Below, piece by piece: positions 1 through 14,112 of a stretch of DNA of 64,000 nucleotides (the stretch's first letter is position 1; the number at the start of each line of letters is the position of its first letter). The notes beneath the pieces are model-generated. The model ran no database searches and was not told the DNA's origin. It worked only from the letters and a program-made list of their open reading frames with translations. The DNA comes from Octopus sinensis. Taxonomy: Eukaryota. The stretch is from the NCBI RefSeq assembly GCF_006345805.1, contig NC_043026.1:2728001-2792000 (forward strand), in the 5' to 3' direction. Made by a program: the position numbers and the translations under genes.

Positions 1-690
1 CCTTTCATCCTCTTGGGGTCGATTAAATAAGTACCAGTGACACGCACTGGGGTCAATGTAATCGACTTAATCTGTTTGTCTGTCCTTGTTTGTCCCCTCT
101 GTGTTTAGCCCCTTGGTATTTCGTAGGTATTTCGTATGTATTTACATTCTGAGTTCAAACTCCGCCGAGGTCGACTTTGCCTTTCATCCTTTCGGGGTTG
201 ATAAATTAAGTACCAGTGATGCACTGGGGTCGATGTAATCGACTAAATCCATTTGTCCCCTCTGTGTCTAGCTCCTTGTGGGTAGTCAAGAAATAGGTAT
301 TTCGTCTGCCGTTACATTCTGAGTTCAAATTCCACCGAGGTCGACTATACCGTTCATCCATTTGGGGATAATAAATTAAGTACCAGTTGCGTACAGGGGT
401 CAATGTAATCGACTCTTCCCCACCACCCAATTTCTGGCCTTTTGCCTAGAGTCGAACGGATTGTTATTGTCGGTGTTGTTAGGGTGGCAAGCTGGCCGCA
501 TTGAGTAAAAGTCTTGGGGCCATTTCATCCGTCTTTACAATCTGTGTTCAAATTCCACTGGGGTCAACTTTACTTTCCATCATTTTGGGGGTCAATAAAA
601 TAAGTAGCAGTCATGAACTGGGGTCAGTGTAATTGACTTGCAGTCTTACCAGACTTACTGGCCTTGTCCATCTAGTGACAGACAGAGATA
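1..690 (+). mobile_element. SINE family B cluster (tandem ~180-bp internal units plus a second copy)
   Basis: Repeated ttctgagttcaaattccgccgaggtcgactttgcctttcatcctttcggggtcgataaattaagtaccag unit with B-box-like GAGTTCAAATTC. Confidence 0.8.
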
Positions 691-700
691 AAGTATTAAT

Positions 701-731
<31 letters not shown>

Positions 732-892
732 CACGAGTCTTGAAAGACCATGGATCCGTATCTGGAGAATTTGTATCAGCTGCTGTTAGTGGCACAGTGT
801 GCTGCTGGTGGCACAATGTCTGCATTTGAAGAAACTCTCCACCAGCACTGTAGACTTTTCTTCTCCTCCTCCTTTTTCTTCTTTTCCTCCTA

Positions 893-1380
893 TCATCATC
901 ATCATCACCATCATCATTTATTGTCTGCTTTCCATGCTGGCATGAGTTGGACGGTTTGACTGAGAACTGGCAAGCCAGGAGGCTGCACCAGGCTCCAATC
1001 TGATCTAGTAAGGTTTCTACAGCTGGATGCCCTTCCTTAATGCCAACCACTCTGAGAGTGTAGTGGGTGCTTTTTACATGCTACCGGCACAGGAGCCAGT
1101 CAAGTGGCACTGGCAACGACCATGCTTGAATGGTGCTTTTTACATGCCACCAGCACAGGAGCCAGTCAGGTGGCATGGCAGTGACCACGCTCGAATGGTG
1201 CTTTTTTATGTGCCACCAGAAACCATGATCTATGCCAGTGTAGCATAGTACCTGTCAGAGTACATGTCAATCATTGGGCAATAAATTGTGCTTGAGAAGA
1301 CCTGTTGTCTCCAGTGAAATCAACGTGGCCGATGCCAGTGCTGCCTGATTGGCACATAAAAAGCACCGTTTGAACGTGGC
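893..1380 (-). mobile_element. RTE-like 3' tail repeat
   Basis: Same tail family. Further copies at about 5670-5877, 23440-23990, 26895-27204, 30300-30475, 31520-31752, 43408-43647 and 59038-59760. Confidence 0.75.
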
Positions 1381-1384
1381 CTTT

Positions 1385-1773
1385 CTATACTCTTACTTTT
1401 TACTCTTTAACTAGTTTCAGTCATTTGACTGCAGCCATGCTGGAGCACCGCCTTTAATCGAGCAACTCGACCCTTATACTTTTGTAAGCCCAGTACTTAT
1501 TCTATCGGTCTCTTTTGCCGAACTGCTAAGTAACAGGGACGTAAACACACCAGCATCGGTTGTCAAGCAACCAAACATACACGCACACACATATATATAT
1601 ACATATATACGACAGGCTTCTTTCAGTTTCCGTCTACCAAATCCACTCACAAGGCATTGGTCGGCCCGGGGCTATAGCAGAAGACACTTGCCCAAGATGC
1701 CACGCAGTGGGACTGAACCCGGAACCATGTGGCTGGTTAGCAAGCTACTTACCACACAGCCACTCCTGTGCCT
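1385..1773 (-). mobile_element. tRNA-derived SINE family A, full length
   Basis: A-box TGGCTGTGTGG, B-box GGTTCAGTCC, internal (TA/TG)n and (GAGTAAAA)n tail. Confidence 0.88.
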
Positions 1774-2129
1774 ATGGCCAGAATAATTTTTTTTTTAATA
1801 CTGATTTGGCAGTTAGTAATAAATGAAAGTCCATGAAATGAAATCGCAATTGCAGTAGGCAATTATATCTTACTTGAGGTATATTTTGTATCATGTACTG
1901 AGTTTTCTCGCAATGCCTGACGCAACTGCATTGAAGCTTTATTGTCAATGATAAAGAAAGGCAAACCTTTATAGCAAACATGCAAATAGAATAATGGCAT
2001 GTACAAAGATAAATGTCAGAGCATGCTTATGAGCGGACAGTGTGCGTGAAATAAAAAGGGTCATTGAAGGTATCTTACTATTAACAGAAATCAGGGAAAT
2101 AAAGCAAAATATCAATGGAATCCTTGCAG

Positions 2130-3770
2130 GAAGTCTGGTTGCTAACGGCTACAGTTTGGCATAAATGTGAAGAATGCAGAAGAAGAATAACTACTGAAGG
2201 CCTGCTTTGTTGACAACGATTTTAGTTTTTCCTTCAGCAGCATAGATGAATAAGTTGTCAGGATGACCAACTCTGGAACAACCGACGTAGATCTCTCCAT
2301 GTGAAAAGCACGATGGTCGAAGGTTCAATCCAACAACTTTCAGCAACTGACCTTCTGCTTTGTTAATTTTTGATAGCAAATCTGGGTTTTAGAGGGAACT
2401 GATATTTCTGCTTAGGGTAGAGGGGTGGCAGTCTGTTGGGGTTAACGGAATGAAAACTATCATTTGGCTGTGATTCGTGATAATTTGGGCTTCTTGGAGA
2501 CCTGGAGGATGTTGGGTGTTGGAAAATTCTGTTGGAAAGTGTGTAACCTGATTGAGGTCGGTCACGGTGTCAACCGATCTGTAACAACATTCATGAGAAG
2601 GTAGCTGACTGAGTAAGTCGTAGTTAAGAGTGTTGACAGCTGCATTTGTAGGTGCAAGAACAGGCCTGACACGAAGCCAATCTGGTTTTATGTATTCCGT
2701 TGTAAGATTTGGGTAAATGGCAGAACATAAGTCATCAGGGCTGGGTTCAGTGTGGCCAATGATTGTAGCGTCAATGTATCCATTGCCGTCGAACATAATT
2801 TGTCCATTGACGATTGTAAAGAGCATTTGCAAAACCTGGGCTCTAGGCTGACCAGTCTGTAGGAGTGATCTCATGTTGTTGGTGAGTTGTTTCGATTGGA
2901 CATGCGACCAAAGGAGGGATTTTTTAAAGGCAGGCATTAAGGTCATCAGTGGGTGTTCCTTTGGGTATAATAAGCAGATTTTATGGAAAATCTCCTACAA
3001 GAAGCAGAGTCGCACCTCTAAGGATGTTGTTGTTTGGTCTAAGATCCCTCATTGTGATATGAAGTGCATGTAGGGAACATTTAGGGGACTTTGTTGCTTC
3101 AACCCAAACAACGAGTTTGCACTTCTTCAAAACTAACGCTTCATTCGGGTAATGCATTGTGTGGCACGTTCGGTTCTTTGATGTGCTACATTGAAAGGCA
3201 ATTTGAAGGCAGAGTCTGCTGTGCGTCCACCGTGGAGAAGATTCGAGGCTATTTCTGAGGAAGCACCAGCAATTGCTAGGTCACCATTATGCCACAACTT
3301 TGCAACAAGAAGATTCAAGAAGAATGTTTTCCCAATTCCACCGGGTGCGTGTTAGGATGGTCCCGCCAGAGTGTGTGGAGATGTTTCCGAGGACGAAATT
3401 GCATATGTGATCTTGATCGGAATTCTGAAGGGACCTGTTTTCAGCAATATAATGTCTGAGTTTGTCGATGTTGTAGGATGTTTCTCTGAGAATGAGGCGA
3501 TGCATACACACACGCACACCTTCTGGTGTAAAGGAGTCAATCAGTTTTGGACCATTACTTCGCAAAGAGTTATCTCCCTTGTCCACAATAGTCACCATAG
3601 AAGATTTTTCTGGCCTACTGACCCTAGAGGCTCCATTACTCTATATTACTCAATAAGGAAAAATCTAAAGTGTGTCGAACCATCTGTGGAACATAAGTGA
3701 CATATTTGCCAAGCATGAATGATACTGGATGAAAAATATTCATTTTACATGAGATCAAGCAAATAGTCAG
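2130..3770 (-). mobile_element. Helitron relic, frameshifted PIF1-family helicase
   Basis: Fragments ASSEIASNLLHGGRTADSAFKLP, KKSLLWSHVQSKQLTNNMR, LAPTNAAVNTLN and KINKAEGQLLKVVGLNLRPSCFSHGEIYVGCSRV are Helitron helicase motifs in collinear order. Confidence 0.85.
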
Positions 3771-3814
<44 letters not shown>

Positions 3815-6678
3815 CTTCTGTCTTATATATTTTAGATATACAACAGGCTCCTATCAGTTTCCATCTACCAAATCTACTCACAAGGCTTTGGTCGGCCTGA
3901 GGCTATAGTAGAAAACACTTGCTCAAGTTGCCATGCAGTGGAACTGAACCTAGAACCATGTGGTTGGGAAGCAAGCTTCTTACCACACAGCCATACCTGC
4001 ACCTGTAAAAGAAAACTATACAACAGTTCTGTTCAAATGAAAGAGCTTTAAGATTAATCTTATGGTGAAAACCTTATCAAAACATATTAGCTACAAAAAC
4101 TTTGGAGTGGATCAAAGTGATGAAAAAAGGTGTCTATTGTAAGAAATTCAAATATTTTTTATCATTTTAAAGATATTTAGTGTTATAAAAGACAATATCT
4201 GATGTTATGGGTCACTTGTCTTAGTGGGACAGTGTGTTAAATTGAGGTCTAATATGTATGGCTTCAGTTTTCTATAGAATCTGGTTGCAAGCTTTTGCTC
4301 CCTTTTCTACAGGTATTTAATCAATTTTCTGAGCTACATTTACCACTAGTTTGCATTCAAAAATTACTTCATGTGAAAGAGCTACATGAGAAGAATTTTA
4401 TGGAGAAAACCTTATCAGAAAATATTAGCTACAAAAAACGTTAGGTGACTTGAAGTTGCCAAAAACAAAGTCAATTTTAAAATATCAAAATATTTTTGTC
4501 TTTTTAAAAGAAAAATAATATTTCAACTCAAAGAGTTCATTCAGACAAATATTTTGAGGAAAACCTCATATTAAAAATATTCCTTTCTACTCTAGGCACA
4601 AGGCCTGAAATTTTTGGGAAGGGGGCCAGTTGATTAGATTGACCCCAGTATGCAACCGGTACGTAATTCATTGACACTGAAAGGATGAAAGGCAAAGTCG
4701 GCCTCGGTGGAATTTGAGCTCAGAATGTAAAGACAGATGAAATACCTATTTCTATTTCTTTACTACCCACGAGAGGACAAACAAGGACAGACAAACGGAT
4801 TAAGTCGATTACATCGACCTCAGTGCATAACTGGTACATATTTAATCGACCCCAAAAGGATGAGAGGCAAAGTCAACCTCGGTGGAATTTGAACTCAGAA
4901 TGTAATGGCTGTCGAAATACCGCAAAGCATTTCGCTTGGCATGCTAACGTTTCTGCCCGCTCACTGTGATTTCATTTTAATCTTTATTATTCTCTTTATT
5001 TATTAAAATATTAAAAACATTTAAAAAAAATTGCACTCATTAAAAAAACTAATTATTTAATTAGAATATAGCTTTATCTTTTAATAAAGATTATTTGAAA
5101 ATATATTTATTTGTAACAGGTATGCTGTTGTCAATCCTTTGTTATTTTTAGGTGCAAACAAAATTTCCAGGTGTAAACAAAGTCTTTATTTAAAAAAATA
5201 TTTGCAATAATATCACTTTTTAAAATTATAAAAGTAAATATAATTAATTATGATTATAGAAACATTGCCTGAAAAAGAAAAATTGAGCTAGAATGAAAAA
5301 TGCAGGTGCAGAATGCTAGAACATTCCGAAGTACTAAAACTGGGAAAGTACAAGGCAAGAAGTCAAAAAAATAAATAAATAAATATTGCTGCTGAAGTTA
5401 GAATTTCCGGCATAAATTTCTGAAATTGTTCACCAAACTGCATTCACCTCTATGTTTTCGTTTTTTTATATATACATACTTTTACTTTTTATGGCAAATT
5501 ATTTTTATTTATTATTTTTATTTTAAAATTTCTTTGTATTAAGTTTAAACATTTCTGTCATATTTTTAGTATTATATTATTTTTTGAATTTTATTTTCTT
5601 AACAAAACTCATTATCTAAAATTTTTAAATCACAAATATTGTGTTATAAAATTAAATTCCTGTAAAATATATCATCATCATCATCATCGTTTAACGTCCG
5701 CTTACCATGCTGGCATGGGTTGGACGATTTTGACTGAGGGCTGGCGAACCAGATGGCTGCACCAGTCTTCAATCTTGATCTGGCAGTGTTTCTACAGCTG
5801 GATGCCCTTCCTAACGCCAACCACTACACAGAGTGTAGTGGGTGCTTTTTGCGTGCCACCAGCATGGGAGCCAGCCAGGTCGACTTTGCCTTTCATCCTT
5901 TTGGTGTCGATAAATTAAGTACCAGTCACGCACTGGGGTCGATATAATCGACTTAATCCGTTTGTCTGTCTTTGTTTGTCCTCCCTGTATTTAGCCCCTT
6001 GTGGGTACTAAAGAAATAGGTATTTCGTCTGCCGCTATGTTCTGAGTTCAAATTCTTCTGACTTAGACTTTGCTTTCCGTCCTTGGGCAAGTGTCTTCTG
6101 CTATAGCCCCGGGCCGACCAATGCTTTGTGAGTGGATTTGGTAGATGGAAACTGAAAGAAGCCTGTCGTATATATGTATATATATATATGTGTGTGTGTT
6201 TGTCCCCCTAGCATTGCTTGACAACCGATGCTGGTGTGTTTACGTCCCCGTCCCTTAGCGGTTCGGCAAAAGAGACTGATAGAATAAGTACTGGGCTTAC
6301 AAAGAATAAGTCCCGGGGTCGATTTGCTCGACTAAACGCGGTGCTCCAGCATGGCCACAGTCAAATGACTGAAACAAGTAAAAGAGAGTCTTGTTGCTGC
6401 TTTGTAAGGAATCTGTTTATGATTCAACATTAGCATCATCTGCCATTGCTGTTGCTTTTATTTGGAATTTTAAAAAAGAATGGATTTCTCTGTGAAGAAT
6501 CCAAATGAGGAAAACCCAGTCTCTTTTACAGTGGAAGGAATTCTTGATGATATTTGTTCTTCAGATGAAGAGTTTAAGCTTAAATACAGAATGAGAGTGA
6601 TACAGACAATCAAACTGGTGAAACGGATGAGGAAAATAGCGATTTGGGTGGGCAAATTCTGTAGTTAAGAGATAGACC

Positions 6679-6726
<48 letters not shown>

Positions 6727-6771
6727 ATTATTATTATTACTATTATTATTATTATTATTATTATATTATTA

Positions 6772-6809
<38 letters not shown>

Positions 6810-6812
6810 TAC

Positions 6813-6874
<62 letters not shown>

Positions 6875-6878
6875 ATTT

Positions 6879-9262
6879 ATGGGTTTTTCTTCTTCTTTCA
6901 AATTTGCTTCCATTTCTTGCCGAGTGTCTTCCCGACTCCTAGGGCAAAGAAACTCATAGTATACATTGGTAGGCCATTAAACTAAACTCAATAGTTCGTT
7001 CATTTTTTTTTTTGATAGAAATAAAGTTAAATTAAAATTCATGGGTAGTAATAGTTCTCACATCGACAATGCTCTTCTCAAGACGTGTGATGTACCAGTT
7101 AAGACAATCTTTTGCACTTCTTGCAGGGTTGGTAAGCCAGGGATCATTCTCATATAATTTTCGGTTCCCTTCTTGATCATTCCTAGTGCTCCTACGATCA
7201 CTGGTATTGTAACCGCCTTGAGATGCCACATTTTCTCAATTTCAATGAGTAGGTCTTTATATTTTCTGAGCTTGTCAAACTCTTTCGCCGAGATACTATG
7301 ATCACAGGGGATGCTCATGTCGATCAATAAGCAAACTTTATTGTTTTGGTCTTTCACAACAATATCCGGTTTATTGGCTTTGATGGTTCGGTCTGTATGT
7401 ACTGGAAAGTCCCACAGAATCGTTACATTTTCTCCTTCAGTTACAGCTTCAGGGTGGTGATTATACCACTTGTCGGCAGTTTTGATATTGTAATGCCGAC
7501 TTATTAGCCAGTGTAGATATTGGCCAACTCTGTCATGTCTTAATTTATACTCCACTGGTGCTAAGACTTTACATCCAGAGATTAGGTGGTCCACTGTTTC
7601 AATCATGTCGTTGCAGAATCGGCATTTTGGGTCTGCTCCATTTTTCATCACATTGGCCTGGTAGTTCCGGGTTAATAGGCTTTGATCTTGAGCAGCCAGG
7701 ATGAAACCTTTGCTCTCTGCATTTAGCCACTGATAGCCCTGAGCTCCGTAGCCACTGATGGGTTTGCTTCTGGTCAACATCAGCTTGTTTGCTGCGGGCC
7801 ACATATTTGCCGTGCAGAGGTTTCTCCTCCCACCTATCAGCCAATTGCTCATGCGCTTTTTTCGTTGCCATTATTTTCACCTTCTTTGCAACAATAGTTG
7901 CCGTACTTCCCTCGGGTTGTTCAGTTTGGGTATCCTGCACGAGATCAATAGCAAATTTTTTGCTTTCCTTTATGATAGAATGAAGCTTCTTTCGTCTCTC
8001 GTGATTTTCCACGAGCTTTAGCATCCAGTCATTCGTTATTTCAAGATATTTGGCCAGTCCAATTGTGGTTGTTTTGTAAGCTAGTTCAAATTGGATCAGG
8101 CCTCGACCTCCTTGGGTTCTGGGGAGGTAAAGGCGATCTACGTCTGCCTTTGGGTGGTGCATCCTATTACAACTCAGCAGCTTGCGTATTTTCCTATCTA
8201 TATTCTTTACTTCACTCATATTCCAGTTCAACACATTGTAGCTATAAGTAACAACTGGAACTGCTAAGGAATTTATTGCTAACACCTTGTTACGTGCATT
8301 TAGTTCAGATTTCAGGACTGCTCGAACTCTCCTATAACATTCCTTCCTGATCTTCTCTTTCATGCTTATGCTGAATATCAGAGCCTTCATTTATCCCTAA
8401 ATATTTGTAAGTTTGTTCTTGCTCAAGCTCTCTTATGGCTGTGTCAACATCTAACATGACTGAATTTGTGGTCTTCACTTTCCCTGTCTGGAAAATGGCC
8501 TTGGCACACTTCTCAAGCCCAAACTCTATCCCGATGTCATCACTGAATGCTTTCACCGTGCGCAATAGGCCTTCAAGTTCATTATCGTCTTTACCATAAA
8601 GTTTTAAGTCATCCATATAAAATAGATGGCTTATTTTTTTATTGACATTTTTATACTCATACCCTGTTCTGTTTAATTCACTTGTAAGGGGTATGCAGAA
8701 TATTAGAGGTGAAAGTGAGTCACCTTGAAAAATGCCACAGTTGATGTTTATATTTTCTGAGGCAAGTACTCCATTAGAGTGGTATAATTGGAGATTCGTA
8801 TTCCACAATAACATATTATGCTTCAGGAAGCTTGAAATCACAGGGGAAATTTTGAAGATGTCCAGCGATTTCAAGATCCATGAATACGGTATACTGTCGA
8901 AGGCCTTTTTATAGTCAACCCATGTGGAGCTGAGATTTCTGCGCTTGTTGTGACAGTTCTCAAAGGTAATACGATTAATTAGCAGTTGATCTTTGCATCC
9001 GTATGAGCATCGGCGGCACCCTTTTTGTTCAATGGGGAAAATATCGTTGTTCTCCATGAATGCATATGTTTTCTCCGCCAGGATAGATGTTAGGATTTTA
9101 TACGTGATGGATAAACAGGTTATAGGCCGATAGTCTTTTGGAAGTTTGGTTTCGTTATTCTTTGGGAGTAGGTAAGTAATACCACTTGCTAACCATTCAG
9201 ATGTTTTCTTTGGGTCTCTCATAATTCCATTGAGCAGCTGAACTAGCTTACCATGTGCGCAT
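6879..9262 (-). mobile_element. 5'-truncated non-LTR retrotransposon with RT and restriction-like endonuclease (R4/Dong-like)
   Basis: RT motifs YRPITCL, DYKKAFDS, GIFQGDSLSP and FYMDDLKLY; CCHC knuckle CRFC...ETVDHLISGC; KPDIVV...LIDMSIP endonuclease motif; a few frameshifts; (TAA)n on both flanks. Confidence 0.9.
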
Positions 9263-9337
9263 TATTAATTATTATTATTATAATTATTACTATCACTGTT
9301 ATTATTATTATTATTATGATGATTATTATTAATATTA

Positions 9338-9397
<60 letters not shown>

Positions 9398-9612
9398 GGC
9401 AGTGAGCTAGCTGAACCGTTAGCATGCTGGGCAAAATGCTGTCACTACGTTTTGAGTTCAAATTCTGCCAGGGTCAACTTTATCTTTCATCTTTTCAGGG
9501 TTGATTAAATAAGTACCAGTTATGTAGTTGGGTCAATGTATTCGACTTAATCCCTTACTCCAAATATGAAGCCTTCTGCTTCCAGAAGAAAGGATTGCTA
9601 TTATTGTTGTTG

Positions 9613-9684
<72 letters not shown>

Positions 9685-9697
9685 ATTATTATTATTA

Positions 9698-9728
<31 letters not shown>

Positions 9729-9776
9729 ATTATTAATTATTATTATTATTATTATTATTTTATAATTATTATTATA

Positions 9777-9818
<42 letters not shown>

Positions 9819-9832
9819 TATTATAACTATCA

Positions 9833-9869
<37 letters not shown>

Positions 9870-9910
9870 CATCATCATCATCATCATCATTATCATTATT
9901 ATTATTATTA

Positions 9911-9947
<37 letters not shown>

Positions 9948-9963
9948 CATTATCATCATCATC

Positions 9964-9995
<32 letters not shown>

Positions 9996-10052
9996 TATTA
10001 CTACTACTACTACTACTACTATTATTATTATTATTATTATTTTTATTAATTA

Positions 10053-10098
<46 letters not shown>

Positions 10099-10188
10099 AT
10101 TATTATTATTATTGTTATTAATTATTATTATTATTATTAATTACTATTATTATTATTAATTATTATTATTATTATTATTATTATTATA

Positions 10189-10233
<45 letters not shown>

Positions 10234-10270
10234 TATAACAATCATTGTTATAATATTATTATTATTATTA

Positions 10271-10312
<42 letters not shown>

Positions 10313-10380
10313 AACTATTACTACTACTATTATTATTATCATTATTGTTGTTGTTGTTGTTATTATTATTATTATTATTA

Positions 10381-10414
<34 letters not shown>

Positions 10415-10427
10415 CATCATCATCATC

Positions 10428-10459
<32 letters not shown>

Positions 10460-10517
10460 TATTACTACTACTACTACTATTATTATTATTATTATTATTA
10501 TTATTATCATTATTTTA

Positions 10518-10556
<39 letters not shown>

Positions 10557-10640
10557 GTTATTATTATTAATATTATTATTATTATTATTATTATAACTAT
10601 CATTGTTATTAGTATTATTATTATTATTATTATTATTTTT
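9263..10640. repeat. Compound (ATT/ATC/ACT/GTT)n trinucleotide microsatellite, with a SINE at 9398-9590
   Basis: Direct reading; a further (ATT)n tract lies at 6679-6878. Confidence 0.95.
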
Positions 10641-10983
10641 CTTCTGGATGTTTTCGTGATTCTGTTGATTAGTTTCCCTGCAATTGTTACTCTTGAACTC
10701 TGTGTGAAGCTGTTTATTTATTTGCTCAGGAGCCGAGATGGAGGCTAAAGTTAGAGACAGAGTCTCAGGTCTGAGATGCTTAATCTCTCTTGAAGAAGGC
10801 CCCATTGGCTGCCACAGCCTGGTTTCTGTCATCTGCCAACCTTTTCAGCTTTTCAGCTCTGTCTAGTCCTCACATCAGTACAGCTCTTCTACGGGTTGTG
10901 CAGCGGCAAAGGCACTTCGCATGCACCGTGCTGTGATGAGCCTCATCAGAGTCCTTTGCAGACTCAAGATAAATGGCATCTAT

Positions 10984-11388
10984 ACTCTTTACTCTTTACT
11001 CTTTACTCTTTTACTTGTATCAGTCATTTGACTGCGACCATGCTGGAGCACCGCCTTTAGTCGAACAAATCAACCCCAGGACTTAGTCTTTGTAAGCCCA
11101 GTATTTATTCTATCGGTCTCTTTTGCCGAACCGCTAAGTGACAGGGACGTAAACACACCAGCATCGGTTGTCAAGCAATGCTAGGGGGACGAACACAGAC
11201 ACACAAACATACACACACATACATATATATATACATATATACGACGGGCTTCTTTCAGTTTCCGTCTACCAAATCCACTCAGAAGGCTTTGGTTGGCCCG
11301 GGGCTATAGCAGAAGACACTTGCCCTAGATGCCACGCTAACCAACCATGTGGTTGGTTAGCAAGCTACTTACCACACAGCCACTCCTG
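10984..11388 (-). mobile_element. SINE family A
   Basis: Near-identical to other family A copies. Confidence 0.85.
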
Positions 11389-11577
11389 TATGTAGAGCTG
11401 TTGCATCAAACAACATATTCGGCTTATTTATTTGCTTGGGTCCCAATGGAGATGAGGCATTGCTGATTCAGTGTTTCAATTATCCCCTGGGGGTCTGCAG
11501 TCAGTGAGCAATTTTCTTTGAACAGTGGCCCAATCTTGTACTGTACTGAAGCTCACTCATTTGCAAATACATATATA

Positions 11578-11650
<73 letters not shown>

Positions 11651-11654
11651 ACTC

Positions 11655-13146
11655 ACATTTCCCAGTTTCTTTGTGGCCAACTTAAAACTTTATGCAAAGA
11701 ATATGCATGAGATGAAGAAGAGCCTTGACCGAGTTACAACATTCTCAAAGGATGCACGATTGGCGTTTGGTCAGGATAAATGTTGTGATATGGTTGTGAA
11801 AAGGAGGAAAATTATAAACCAGACTAGTAACCTCTCCATCAATGATTTCACTGCTTCTCTTGTATCTGACAAAGAATGTTACAAGTATCTAGGGGTGGAT
11901 GAAAATATATCTTATGTGTCATTAAAGAATATTACAGTTGAACAAAAAGAAAATTTGGATCTCAGAATTCCCTGCATTCAATAAAACAGTGACCCACAAT
12001 GTGTTTGCAGTGCCAGGACTCATACCAATATTTGGGCTGCTTGACTGGACGCTTGATGAGATCCGAGCCATTGATGTGAAAACTCGAAAAGTAACTGACA
12101 AGCACACACAATTTCCACATAAAGTGATGTAGACCGCCTCTACCTAAAATGAAAGCAAGGAGGAAGAGGCTTAGCATCGATCCAAAATGCCTTTGAATGT
12201 TGCATCATATCCCTTCGGCAACATCTTTTAACCACCAAGTGTCAAAGTGCATCCGTTGACCAAGTTTGCATACATGAAGCTGATAACATCATAAGACTTG
12301 GAAGGCAGCTCTTTGAGCAACAATCTTTGTCTGATAACCTAGAATACCTGCCCTAAGAAGTTGCACGATTCTACCGCAACGTATCATCAGATGAAAGGAT
12401 GAGCCTCTATGAGCAGAAGACTATGCATGGACAGGTTAGTAGAAAGCTCCGAGATGATAGTAACATCGACCATCAAAGCAGTTTATCCTGGACCAATAGC
12501 CGGATTACTGCCTCCCACTTTGAAGGGCATGAGTTTGCAATCCAGGAACCGGAAATATCAACCAAGTGCCTGATGCACAAAAGGGACAGAGATGTAGGAA
12601 AAGCCTTAAAATGTGACAACCGATGCAGATTTTGTGGACTTCACACCGAATATATCACCCACATCATAAGCAGTTGTCTGAAAATGTCACCATGGTAATA
12701 TCTACCGATGAGACATGATGTTGTAGCTAGGACACACTATAATGAAATCCGTCGGAAGGGTAACCCCGAGGACAAAGAAATAAGAACCGACAGCGTGGTA
12801 GAAGCCGTAGCCATTCATAATAAAAAGGAATATTGGTGGAATGTCCCAGGGAAGACCTCAATAAAATGTAAGCATAAGAGACCTGACATAATGATTTGGG
12901 ATGAGGAAGAGAAACTGTGCAGAGTTGTGGAAATCAGCTTCCCAGCGGATGTTGAAATAAAGCTGAAGATGAGTGAAAAAGAGAAAACCTACACTGAACT
13001 ATAGAGAAATCTGCAGTTACTCTATCCAGATTACAAGGTCAGGTTTATACCTGTAATTATTGGGGTCCTGGGATATGTATGTAACACACTGCCTAAATAC
13101 CAATCTTGAGATATTAGGCTTCTCAAAACGAGAGAGGAGGAAGACT
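11655..13146 (+). mobile_element. Degenerate R4/Dong-like LINE fragment (second family)
   Basis: YKYLGVDE, CRFCGLHTEYITHIISSC, RHDVVAR and KRPDIMIWD...VVEISFP, with stops and frameshifts. Confidence 0.8.
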
Positions 13147-13464
13147 ACAGGGTTTCAGTTGATCCGATCAATGGAACAGCCTGCTTGTGAAATTAACGTG
13201 CAGGTGGCTGAGTACTCCGCAGACATGTGTCTCACAGAGTATGGACAAGTCTGGCCCCTTTTGAATTACAGGTACAACAGAAAGTGGAAGAAAGTGTGAG
13301 AGAAAGTTGTGTACAGCAGGGTTTGCCACCAGCCCCTGCTGGAGCCTCGTGGAGCTTTAGGTGTTTTCGCTCAATAAACACTCACAACGCCCGGTCTGGG
13401 AATCGAAACTGCAATCCTATAACCGCAAGTCCACTGCTTTAAGCACCGGGTCATTGCACCTCCA

Positions 13465-13930
13465 TATATATATATGTGTATGTATGTGTGTATGTGTGTA
13501 TGTATGTATGTGTATATGTATGTGTATATGTATGTATGTGTGTATGTATGTATGTATGTGTATATGTATGTGTGTATGTATGTATGTATGTGTGTATGTA
13601 TGTGTGTATGTATGTGTGTACATACATGTATGTATGTGTATATGTATGTGTGTATGTATGTATGTATGTATGTATGTATGTATGTAGGTGTGTATGTATG
13701 TGTGTATTTATGTATGTATGTATATATATATATATGTGTGTGTATGTATGTAAGTATGTGTGTATGTATGTGTGTATGTGTGTATGTATGTATGTATGTA
13801 TGTATGCATGTATGTATGTGTATATGTATGTGTGTGTATGTATGTATGTATGTGTGTATGTATGTGTGTATGTATGTATGTATGTATGTGTGTATGTATG
13901 TATGTATGTATGTATGTATGTATGTATGTC
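13465..13930. repeat. (TATG/TG)n microsatellite
   Basis: Direct reading. Confidence 0.95.
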
Positions 13931-13934
13931 TTTT

Positions 13935-14112
13935 CACACATATACTTACATGTCAAGAGATACTCATATGTATTTGAATGCTAAACTTCTGGAAAGTTTT
14001 ACAGATTTTGACAGTTCCAGGGATGGCCTGGATCTGTAGTCTTCGAATCAGCCTTCGCCCTTCTGGTTTTGAGGAGCCTAATTTCTCATGTCTTGTATTT
14101 AGGCAGTGTGTT
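13935..14112 (-). mobile_element. 3' end of the same LINE family in opposite orientation
   Basis: Reverse complement matches 13085-13146 (cacactgcctaaatac...attaggct.ctcaaaac) and continues RRLIRRLQIQAIPGTVKICKTF into a (TACA)n array. Confidence 0.7.

Noticed and set aside
1560-1826. Recurrent ORFs such as DRLLSVSVYQIHSQG... and MTTDAGVFTSP...
   Set aside because: Reading frames of the non-coding SINE A consensus.
6480-6668. Acidic ORF resembling a piggyBac transposase N-terminus
   Set aside because: Composition-only similarity, apparently frameshifted, no diagnostic motif.
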